From the UHGV virus genome UHGV-0366526: a DNA stretch of 37,294 bases, one strand, 5' to 3'. The position numbers and the translations under genes were made by a program. Below, piece by piece: positions 1 to 8,700 of this stretch (the stretch's first letter is position 1; each line of letters opens with the position of its first letter). Source of the DNA: a virus. The notes beneath the pieces are model-generated. The model was not told where the DNA came from. It saw only the letters and a program-made list of their open reading frames with translations, and did not search any database.

Positions 1-32
1 TACTCGAACTACGGAAGAAGTGACCGAAGAAC

Positions 33-959
33 ATGAGTAATTATTGGGCGGAACGAGAAGCAAAACATATCGAAGAAATGCTGAAACGACATGTGAATTA
101 CGAACAAGAAATTCATAGACGGTATTTACAGTTATGGAAAACGATAGAAGCAGAAATTCAACAGTTTTACGTCGCTTATGCAGGGAAAGAGAAGATTAAC
201 ATTGATGAAGCGAAACGACGTGCAAGTAAACATGACGTACAAATTTTCGCGGAAAAAGCGAAACGTTATGTACAAACAAGAGATTTTTCAAAAGAAGCTA
301 ACGAGCAATTAAGGTTATACAATTTAACTATGAAGGTTAATCGTTTAGAGCTTTTAAAATCGAAAATAGGTTTGTATTTAACAGACAACACTAATCAGCT
401 ACAGACCTATTTTACAGCAATGTTAACAGAGGAATCTGTAGCGGAGTTTGTACGACAAGCGGGGATATTAGGCGAGTCTGTTCTTTCCGAAGAAACTTAT
501 CGATTGTTTACTAAAGCGATTATTGAGGGGTCGTTTCATAACGCGACATTTTCTCAACGTTTGTGGGCAAACCAAGATGTTTTGAAAGCGAGTATCGATC
601 GCTTATTAACAGTTGGGCTAGCAGCAGGTAAGCATCCAGATGTACTGGCTAGAGAGCTACGGAGATTAGTTGTGATTGACAGCTTGCGAGGAAAGGAAAC
701 GGCTGATTATGTCGCACGTCGGCTAATGATTAGTGAATCTGCAAGAATACAAAGCGAAGTACAAAAGCAAAGCTACGAAAAATATGGGTATGAAGAATAC
801 AATCTAATTGTAGAACCAAGCGCTTGTCCTATTTGTGTAGGAATAGCAAGTGCAAATCCACATAAGGTTTCTGAAATGAGCCCAGGAATCAATGCAAGTC
901 CTATTCACAACTGGTGTCGGTGTAGTACTGCACCTGCTTATAAAGACAAAAAGTTCTAG
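33..959 (+). CDS. Phage head morphogenesis protein (SPP1 gp7 / Mu F-like minor head protein)
   Basis: 308-aa ORF immediately after the apparent portal 3' end. The position (portal then gp7-like then scaffold then capsid) and overall composition are typical of this family. Assignment is from recall of the family, not a search. Confidence 0.7.
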   Translation: MSNYWAEREAKHIEEMLKRHVNYEQEIHRRYLQLWKTIEAEIQQFYVAYAGKEKINIDEAKRRASKHDVQIFAEKAKRYVQTRDFSKEANEQLRLYNLTMKVNRLELLKSKIGLYLTDNTNQLQTYFTAMLTEESVAEFVRQAGILGESVLSEETYRLFTKAIIEGSFHNATFSQRLWANQDVLKASIDRLLTVGLAAGKHPDVLARELRRLVVIDSLRGKETADYVARRLMISESARIQSEVQKQSYEKYGYEEYNLIVEPSACPICVGIASANPHKVSEMSPGINASPIHNWCRCSTAPAYKDKKF

Positions 960-1081
960 CGAAAGTTAGGCTTTTTTTATTTGCCTTCTTACTGCTTACA
1001 GGCGTTAAAGAGAAAGCTGTTTCGATTGATAGGCGTAACCTATTAATTTCGATTAGCCACGTAATGGCTGGAGGTTTTAAC

Positions 1082-1717
1082 ATGAACGAAGAAAAACACT
1101 TATTATTACCGATGGATTTACAATTTTTTGCAGATGAGCCAAATTCTGATGAGCCAAACTCTGACAATTCAAACGAATCTGGGAATTCATCGACAAAGGA
1201 TTCTCAAAATCCCAAAAATGAAAATCCAGACGGAAAAGAAACTGGAAAGACTTTTACCCGTGAAGATGTATCAAAAATGATTGCAGCAGAAACTAAGAAA
1301 GCAGTGGAGCAAGCAAAATCTGATTGGGAAAAGCAAAAATCTTACGAGCAAATGACTGCGGAAGAACGTGTTAAGGCGAAAGAACAAGAAGCCGCTGACA
1401 AAGAAGCACTAGCGGAAAAACGAGAAAAGGAAGCCCAAGCTCGTCTTGACCGTTTAACGCGTGCCGAATCTGTTCGTAATGATTTATCCGAGAATGGCCT
1501 TTCCGACTACGTAAGTGCTGCGCAAGCCGATTTATTGCTTGTGAAAGATACAGACGAGGATACAAAGAAAGCTGTAGACGAATTAAAACAAATTATTTCA
1601 AAAGCTAGAGATGGTATCCAAAAAGAATTGCTGAAAGGTCAAACTGTAAACGTTGCTACAGCAACAAAAGAGACCGATTGGCGCAGCAATTTGACTAAAA
1701 ATTTAGAAAAGAAATAG
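1082..1717 (+). CDS. Head scaffolding protein
   Basis: ORF track starts at 1064. An internal ATG at 1082 is preceded by GGAGG at 1070-1074 with a 7-nt spacer. The N-terminus MNEEKHLLLPMDLQFFA matches the MDLQFFA-type scaffold motif. The protein is acidic, repeat-rich (DEPNSDEPNS) and coiled-coil-like, and lies just upstream of the capsid gene. Confidence 0.65.
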   Translation: MNEEKHLLLPMDLQFFADEPNSDEPNSDNSNESGNSSTKDSQNPKNENPDGKETGKTFTREDVSKMIAAETKKAVEQAKSDWEKQKSYEQMTAEERVKAKEQEAADKEALAEKREKEAQARLDRLTRAESVRNDLSENGLSDYVSAAQADLLLVKDTDEDTKKAVDELKQIISKARDGIQKELLKGQTVNVATATKETDWRSNLTKNLEKK

Positions 1718-1730
1718 GAGATGAAAAATT

Positions 1731-2627
1731 ATGCCAGTTATTTTAGATAGTAAAGATTTAAAAGCAATTGACAAAGAATTTGCCGCAGGTTCGCAAGTTT
1801 GGGATTTATTGAAAGGTGGAGCTGCTGCAGTAACTGAAGCGGATTTTGTAGGCGCAAAAGAAGTCCGCATCAACAAAATGAAAGGTTTTACTGCTAGTGA
1901 TTATAAACGTAACGAAGACAATAAACGTTCTAAAATTGATGTGGCAAAAGAAACGTTCAAATTAGAGAAAGAGCGTTGGTTTGGTTATGACTTAGACACA
2001 TTAGATCAATCAGAAAATGCTTCCTACGAAGTTCAAGCGCTTGTGGAAGAGCATACTCGTTTAATTGCGATTCCTGAAAAAGATCGAACTGCTGTACAAC
2101 GCTTATTAGAAGCGGCATTTGCTGAGGCTGCGGATGATGATAGCGAAGGAAAATACGTTGGAAAAACGGTAAAAGAAACCATTACTACAGAAAACTCTTT
2201 AGCTTCTTATGACGCAGCAGAAGCGTATATGACAGATGCAGAAATTGTCGGTCCGTTTATTATGTTTGCATCCACTGACTACTATTCAGCATTAAAAAAT
2301 GCAAAAGGTGTTTCAAAAACATTTACTACGAACGAGCAACAAATTTCAGGTATTAACCGTAAAATTGCGCAGTTAGACGGTTCCGATACTATTATTCAAA
2401 AAGTTGCAAAATCTCGTTTACAGGTAGATTCTACGAAGAAAATTAATTATATTCTTGTGCCTTTGATGGTTTGTTCGCCAGTTGAAAAATACAACTCTAT
2501 TGATCTAATTCCAGCTTCACAAGACCGTGACGGCTACAGAGATACCATCAAAGGATTAAACTATTATGATGCTATCGTAACTGAAAAAGCTCGTCCTGCC
2601 ATTTACGTTTCTTACGATTCAAAGTAA
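1731..2627 (+). CDS. Major capsid protein
   Basis: 298-aa ORF after the scaffold, with RBS gaaataGGAGatgaaaaattATG. Position and size fit a major capsid protein. Confidence 0.7.
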   Translation: MPVILDSKDLKAIDKEFAAGSQVWDLLKGGAAAVTEADFVGAKEVRINKMKGFTASDYKRNEDNKRSKIDVAKETFKLEKERWFGYDLDTLDQSENASYEVQALVEEHTRLIAIPEKDRTAVQRLLEAAFAEAADDDSEGKYVGKTVKETITTENSLASYDAAEAYMTDAEIVGPFIMFASTDYYSALKNAKGVSKTFTTNEQQISGINRKIAQLDGSDTIIQKVAKSRLQVDSTKKINYILVPLMVCSPVEKYNSIDLIPASQDRDGYRDTIKGLNYYDAIVTEKARPAIYVSYDSK

Positions 2628-2697
2628 GCGCCCCGACCGTTAAAAAGGTAACACCAACGGCAGATGGGGCAGTTGTTGAAGCAGAGTAGGTGAAAAA

Positions 2698-3030
2698 ATG
2701 ACTCTTTCAGATTATCGCGTACTACTGGATATTTCAGAGGATACCTACGAAAAAGATAAGGCAAAAATTATCAAAATCTGGGACATTACTGAAAAACAGC
2801 TGCGAGTAAAATTGAAAGCTGATAAAATACCAGAAAAATTGGACTATATTGTTCCGTCAATTGTAGTGAAACGATATAACCGTTTAGGTTTTGAAGGTAT
2901 GGAACAACACTCTCAATCAGAAGAAACAATCTCTTATAATTTGGATGACTTCGGGGAATTTCAAGATGAGATTAACGATTATCTTGAAGAACAAGGCTTG
3001 ATTCGTAAAAGGAAGGTGTCCTTTTTATGA
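2698..3030 (+). CDS. Head-tail connector (gp6-like DNA-packaging/connector protein)
   Basis: 110-aa ORF, first of four small translationally coupled ORFs between capsid and tail genes. Confidence 0.45.
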   Translation: MTLSDYRVLLDISEDTYEKDKAKIIKIWDITEKQLRVKLKADKIPEKLDYIVPSIVVKRYNRLGFEGMEQHSQSEETISYNLDDFGEFQDEINDYLEEQGLIRKRKVSFL

Positions 3031-3302
3031 GAACATGTATTGATTACTACAACAAAAAACACGAGCTAATTTCGGAAAAACTGATAGGTAATGTAACCGA
3101 AGTCGGAACGGAAAAACAAATGACCATTTTCCCTAACATAAAGGAGCAGATGGTCATTTTTCGTTTTAGAGACCGCCTAGCTATTCGTTCAGGATTTCTT
3201 GAATACTACGACGAAGAAGAACAAAAAAATCGAAAATTTACCGTTGTTAAAAATTTGCGTGTTAGCAAAGGAACTTCGGTTTATGGAAGCGAATATCGAT
3301 GA
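3027..3302 (+). CDS. Head closure / head-tail adaptor protein
   Basis: 91-aa ORF overlapping its neighbours by 4 nt (ATGA coupling), in the head-tail joining block. Confidence 0.4.
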   Translation: MRTCIDYYNKKHELISEKLIGNVTEVGTEKQMTIFPNIKEQMVIFRFRDRLAIRSGFLEYYDEEEQKNRKFTVVKNLRVSKGTSVYGSEYR

Positions 3303-3637
3303 CTTACCGAGTAGATATTTCAGGATTGGATGATTTAATCAAAGCGATTGAAGAAGCGAAAAAGCTAGACGATGTAAAAGAGGTCGTCAAAAATGATACT
3401 GCTTATATGGCAAATCAAATTGCAGAAGAAACACCAGTCAGAAGTGGATACTTAAAACGAAGTGAGACACCTTCTATTAAAGATGACGGAATGACTGGCG
3501 AAGTTGAAGCGATGGCTGACTATTCAGCATATGTAGAATATGGAACGCGTTATATGTACGGACGTTTCTATATGAAAAAAGGGCATACAGCAGCAGCTAA
3601 AAGATTTCTTGATAATATGGAGGCGTTAGTAAAATGA
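3299..3637 (+). CDS. HK97 gp10-like head-tail joining protein
   Basis: 112-aa ORF with 4-nt overlap coupling. Size and position match the gp10 family. Confidence 0.45.
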   Translation: MTYRVDISGLDDLIKAIEEAKKLDDVKEVVKNDTAYMANQIAEETPVRSGYLKRSETPSIKDDGMTGEVEAMADYSAYVEYGTRYMYGRFYMKKGHTAAAKRFLDNMEALVK

Positions 3638-4026
3638 CCTTTAAAGACCCGTATTCAGAACTTTACGAAGCGTTATTTGTCACTTTGGAGCAAACAGGCT
3701 ATGAAACCTATGGGCATTTGCCAGATGACGACGCTTCTTATCCGTTTGTTTTCTTAGGTGAACAATGGTCTAAGGATAGACAAACAAAAACAAGAACGTT
3801 AGGTTCAACAAATATTATGATTCATGTTTATGATCATGACGACAAACGTCGAGAATTAAATCAAGTATTAGCCGATGTGCGAAAAATCGTTCATGAATTG
3901 CATCAGACTAAGAACTTTAATTGGTTAGTGACAGAAAGTAGCACAGAAGTAATTTATGAAAATACAACCAATTTTGGTACGAGCCTTGCACACGGTGTAC
4001 TTGACATCACGTTAGAATTTGAATAA
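3634..4026 (+). CDS. Tail completion / tail terminator protein
   Basis: 130-aa ORF directly upstream of the major tail protein gene. Confidence 0.4.
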   Translation: MTFKDPYSELYEALFVTLEQTGYETYGHLPDDDASYPFVFLGEQWSKDRQTKTRTLGSTNIMIHVYDHDDKRRELNQVLADVRKIVHELHQTKNFNWLVTESSTEVIYENTTNFGTSLAHGVLDITLEFE

Positions 4027-4044
4027 GAAAGAAGGAAACTCGAA

Positions 4045-4650
4045 ATGGAAAAAGCAATTCAAGGTAAAAAAATTAAGTTAATGTTTCGACTAACACGTGA
4101 ACGTGCGACAACAGCAGCGAAGTTATTAGCTTTAGAAATTTCACACGAATATAAGTCAGAAACAAAAACAGATACACAATCAACAAAAGACGGGAATGTT
4201 CCTACCTCAGGAATGCCGTCAGCTTCCATCGAAATGGAATTTTTACGGACAGGCACAGAAACTTACAACATGTTGAAATATGCGTATCGTAACGGGCTAG
4301 AAATTGATGTATGGCGCATTAATTTTGATAAAAAAGACCCAAAAACAGGAAAATACGAAGCGGAATTTGGCACAGGCTTGTTGGATTCATTCGGAGATTC
4401 TGCCGAGTCCGATTCTAATTCAAGTATTAAACCAACTCTAGTTTTAAATGGTGACCTAGTAGAAGGTTGGGCAACGGTTGACGCCGAAAATGAAGAACTT
4501 GCGCGTGCTTTCTTCTACGACACAGTGGCTGGTGCGGAACCAGAAGAGCCTGTAGAAAAATACACACCAAAAACAATTGAAGTACCTAAAGTTGAAAGTG
4601 TAACGCCGACATCAGATGGCGCCGTTGTAAAAGTGAAGGAGGAAGAATAA
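4045..4650 (+). CDS. Major tail (tube) protein
   Basis: 201-aa ORF upstream of the chaperone pair and tape measure gene. Its C-terminal peptide VTPTSDGAVVKVKEEE is duplicated out of frame after the capsid gene (see findings). Confidence 0.65.
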   Translation: MEKAIQGKKIKLMFRLTRERATTAAKLLALEISHEYKSETKTDTQSTKDGNVPTSGMPSASIEMEFLRTGTETYNMLKYAYRNGLEIDVWRINFDKKDPKTGKYEAEFGTGLLDSFGDSAESDSNSSIKPTLVLNGDLVEGWATVDAENEELARAFFYDTVAGAEPEEPVEKYTPKTIEVPKVESVTPTSDGAVVKVKEEE

Positions 4651-4652
4651 TC

Positions 4653-4961
4653 ATGGCAATTACTTATCGTATTTACAAAGGTAGTGAAAAAGTAGTTGAA
4701 GGAGCAAGTCCATTAACTATTACAGGACTTGATGCAGGAGCAAAAGTAGCAGCAGGAACGTACCATATTGTACGTGTGCAAGATGAAAAAGAATCTGAAA
4801 AAGTAGCTATTCCAGCTTTTACCGTATTGGTGGGGCGCTCTTTGGAAAATAAACCAACAGAAGCAAATACTATTCCTGAAATCAAAGAATGGTTAACCGC
4901 TCACGGTATTGATTTTACAGGAAAAACAACGAAAACAGATTTATTAGCATTAGTACCATAA
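4653..4961 (+). CDS. Ig-like domain protein associated with the tail tube
   Basis: 102-aa beta-rich ORF with its own strong RBS (AAGGAGGaagaataatcATG). It lies in the -1 frame relative to the major tail gene, and frame 0 is open from 4596. Phage Ig-like decoration domains often occupy this position. Confidence 0.45.
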   Translation: MAITYRIYKGSEKVVEGASPLTITGLDAGAKVAAGTYHIVRVQDEKESEKVAIPAFTVLVGRSLENKPTEANTIPEIKEWLTAHGIDFTGKTTKTDLLALVP

Positions 4962-5023
4962 TTAAAAATCAGGAAGTAGGCGGCAATGTGAAGGCATTGT
5001 CGCTTTTTTAGGAGGAATTTTAC

Positions 5024-5422
5024 ATGTCAACAAACGTAAAACCTGTCGCAACAATTAACGGAAAAAAATATCCTTTGATTTTCGGTTTTAAATTTTTAAA
5101 CGAAATTAACGCATTAAAACCTGACGTTGAAGAAGTAGACGGCTTCGTTCAATTGGTTGGTGGGTTACAAGATGGCGACGCTTTTGCCTTTCAAAAATTA
5201 ATGCACGCAGCGTTAATTACTTATGATGACTTAACAACGAAAGAAATTGACGACTACTTAGAAACGTCGGAAGAGGCTTTAACGTTGTTTGAAAATTTTA
5301 TCTCTTTCTTGGAGCAAGCACCGTTAACGGCTCTTCGGACGAAAAAATCACTAGAAGCAATCAAAAAAATCATGGCTTACATGGAACAGATACAAGCCAA
5401 TCAACAAGAAACGACAGCCTAG
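5024..5422 (+). CDS. Tail assembly chaperone (gpG-like)
   Basis: 132-aa acidic ORF immediately upstream of the tape measure gene, with A6 and A7 runs near its 3' end. Confidence 0.55.
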   Translation: MSTNVKPVATINGKKYPLIFGFKFLNEINALKPDVEEVDGFVQLVGGLQDGDAFAFQKLMHAALITYDDLTTKEIDDYLETSEEALTLFENFISFLEQAPLTALRTKKSLEAIKKIMAYMEQIQANQQETTA

Positions 5423-5490
5423 ATTATGACGAAATAGTTGTCACTTGTTTTCAACATTTCCCCAATATCACTTTAAAAGAAATTGAGCGT

Positions 5491-5796
5491 ATGACTCCTT
5501 ATGAATTTAATTTACGGATAAAAGCTGTAAATTTACGTGCAATTAACGAAGAAAGGAAACTATACGTTAACGCGTTAGCTACACGTATTTTTACAACACC
5601 AGATGAAAAAGGGCAACGCTATATTTTTAACGAAGTGAAAGATGTCTATGACTTTGAAAAGCTTGAACGCGATGTGCGAGGGGAAATCTCGCAACGAGAA
5701 GTGGAAAAGCTAAGTGAGCTAGAAGAAAACGCTCGTCGATTAGAACAAGCAAGAAAAATTGTTGAGGAAAGGAGGAAACAACGTGACACAAAGTAA
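5491..5796 (+). CDS. Tail assembly chaperone -1-frame extension (gpT-like, probably made as a G-T fusion by programmed -1 frameshift)
   Basis: The ORF is in the -1 frame relative to 5024..5422. That frame is open continuously from at least 5341 to 5796 and overlaps the A-runs at 5342-5347 and 5363-5369. No independent RBS is evident. Confidence 0.5.
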   Translation: MTPYEFNLRIKAVNLRAINEERKLYVNALATRIFTTPDEKGQRYIFNEVKDVYDFEKLERDVRGEISQREVEKLSELEENARRLEQARKIVEERRKQRDTK

Positions 5797-8700
5797 AACG
5801 GTAACAGCTATACTTACAGCACGTGATAACAATTTTACCAGTGCGATGAATGGCGCTGTGTCTTCGCTAAAAAAACTTAATTCAAATGCTTCTGATATTC
5901 CTAGTAATTTGAATACAGTGAATGGTGCGATGAAAAGTTTCGGTGATAAAACCGCAAGTATCGGCCAAAGCATTGAAAAAGTCGGCGGTTCGATGACTAA
6001 AGGTATTACACTCCCAATTGCGGGTGCCGTTGGCGCAGTAACAACCGCAGCGGTAAAATGGGAAAGTTCCTTTACTGGAGTTAAAAAGACCAACGATGAG
6101 ATGGTCGATTCTAACGGTAAAGTCATTTATTCTTATGATGATTTAGAAAAAGGCCTTAGAGATTTAGCAAAAGAATTACCCACTAGTCATGAAGAAATTG
6201 CAAAAGTAGCAGAAGCAGCTGGACAGTTAGGAATAAAAACTGATAAAGTTGTCGGATTTACTAAAACAATGATCGATATGGGCGAATCAACAAATATGTC
6301 TGCAGATACAGCGGCTACATCCCTAGCTCGTTTTGCTAACATTACGCAAATGTCACAAGATAAATTTAGCAATCTTGGTTCAGCGATAGTTGACTTAGGT
6401 AATAATTTAGCGACTACCGAATCAGAGATTACAGAGATGGGCTTACGTTTAGCAGGTGCAGGAAAACAAATTGGCATGACCGAAGGAGACATTGTAGGTT
6501 TTGCGGCGGCGTTATCATCTGTTGGTATAGAAGCCGAAGCGGGCGGATCGGCATTCTCTAGATTAATGGTACAAATGCAATTAGCAACTGAAACAGGAGT
6601 TGAAGCTTTTGCGCCTCTGAAACAAGCAGTAGCAGAGCAAGGCGTGTCTTGGGAATCTTTTGTGCATGCTGTAAACTGGGGTGGAAAAGAACTGACGGCA
6701 GTTTCTAAGCAAATGGGAATACCTACCTCAGAATTAAAGAAAATGTATAAAGAAGCTAGCAAAGCATCAGGTAGTCTGGAAGATTTTGCAAATGTAACAG
6801 GTCGAACTAGTGAAGAGTTTGCACAATTATTCAAAAGCAATCCATCTCAAGCACTAATTGAATTTATCCAGGGCTTAAAAGACTCGGAAAAACACGGAAT
6901 ATCAGCTATTAAAGTGCTCGACGATATGGGAATTACAGAAGTTAGATTACGTGATAGTTTATTACGTGCAGCCAATGCAAGTGATGTCTTTGAAGGGGCT
7001 GTAAAACGAGGTAACGAAGCGTTTAACGAAAATACAGCTCTAGCAGAAGAAGCTGGTAAACGATACGGAACTACAGAATCACAGTTAAAGATTTTACGTG
7101 GTCAATTAAATGATGTAGCAATTACGTTTGGCGGTCCATTAGTAGCCGCATTAAATAGCGCGATAAGTGCTGCTAAGCCTATGATTGAAGCTTTAGCAAA
7201 TATGGCAGAAGCTTTTGCATCAGCTGATCCAAAAACGCAAGAGTTCATTTTGAAAATGGCTGCGTTAGCCGCTTCTGCTGGCCCTGTGTTAAAAGTTTTT
7301 GGGAAAATGACAAGATTTTTCGGCAAAACGATTTCGACAATGTTTGAAACCGCAGGGAATATTGATAGCAAGTGGCAGCAATTTATTACTAAACCTATTG
7401 TTAATGGCTCTGGTAGTGCATTACAAGCTGTAAAAGGGTTTGTTTCTAAATATAAATCAAATCTAGCAGGGCTTGAAAGCGCAGGAGTTAATGTAAATGT
7501 ATTAACAAGATTTACCACGTTAGGAGAGACTATTTCAGGTCTTTTTCCTACGCTAGATACATTTAGAGCAAATCTACGAGCAAGTCAAAGACAGCTAAAT
7601 ATGCTAGGGGAAGGGAATAAAGTTACTAACTTTTTCCGTTCTTTTTCTGCTTCTTTACAATTATCTAACAGCAAATTAGCGAAATTTGCCTCTGTTGTTA
7701 TTAATCCTGTAGGGTCGCTAAGAAACCTATCCTCTGCAGCTGGCAAATCGGGAACGGTTTTATCAGGGCTTGGCGTAGCCACCTCAAAAGCAGGTGGAGG
7801 TTTTAGAACATTTGCGGTAACGGGTATACGATCTATAGCTAGTTTAACAGGAGCTATGTTGAGCAATCCCATAACAGCAATTTTAGTAGCAATAACCGCT
7901 ACGATAGTTGGTGTAGTGCAAGCTTGGAAATCCAATTTTATGAACATTCAAGGCTACGTGAAAACTGCTTTTAGCGGAATAGTAAAATCGTTTAAAAGTG
8001 TACTTCCTAGCTCTGCGAGTGTTACTAAAACAATAAAAGGATTAGGAAATACATTTAAATGGTTAGGTACTGGCGCAATTGTTGGTGTCACTTTTGCAAT
8101 AGCAGGTTTTGTAGATGGCTTACGTACTATCGTTACTGTAGGAAAAACGGTAGTAAATGCAATAATGGCAATTTCAAACGGTGTAAAAGGACTTTGGAAA
8201 CGATTAAAAGGCGATTCTAAAGGTGCTGATAAAGCATTTAAAGATATGAAGAAAAGCTTATCTGATATTGAAAAAGATTGGGATACAATGTTTTCTGATT
8301 CTGCCTTAAAAAAAGCTGCTAAAAGCACCGAAGAATTAGGTAAAAAGTCCAAAGACACTACTAAAGCAATTTCGTTAAATATGGAAGAAGCCTCTTCAAG
8401 TGTTGAAAATTATTCTTCAAAACTTGATGAAGCTAAACAGGCAATGACTGAACTTTTCTCACAGCAAAATGGTAGTACGGCTGGCGTAGAAACTTATTTC
8501 AAGAATACACTTGATTTAGTTACGAATTTAAAGGAACAACAGAAAAAGGCTGTTGAAACCTATAACAAGCAAATTGAAGCGGCAGAAGGAAAATCAGAAG
8601 CAGAGAAGCAAAAGATTTTTGCCAATGCTTCAAGCCAGTATATGAAAGCTGTTCAAACGAATAATAGTGATTTATTGAAGGTATATACTGATTATTCTAA

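Noticed and set aside
4596-4652. Programmed -1 fusion of the major tail protein to the downstream Ig-like ORF at A4 (4629-4632)
   Set aside because: The frame is open and the topology fits the known Ig-domain appendage. However, the Ig ORF has its own strong RBS and ATG, and no canonical slippery heptamer is present, so I left it as separate genes.
5759-5782. TTG 5759 as the tape measure start
   Set aside because: It overlaps the chaperone extension and lacks an SD. GTG 5783 is ideally spaced from AGGAGG.
6187-8358. Minus-strand ORFs 6187..6840, 7102..7518, 7585..7947 and 7954..8358 (120-217 aa) inside the tape measure gene
   Set aside because: They are antisense to a clearly coding, compositionally biased gene. 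They have low-complexity translations and no RBS, so they are frame artefacts.
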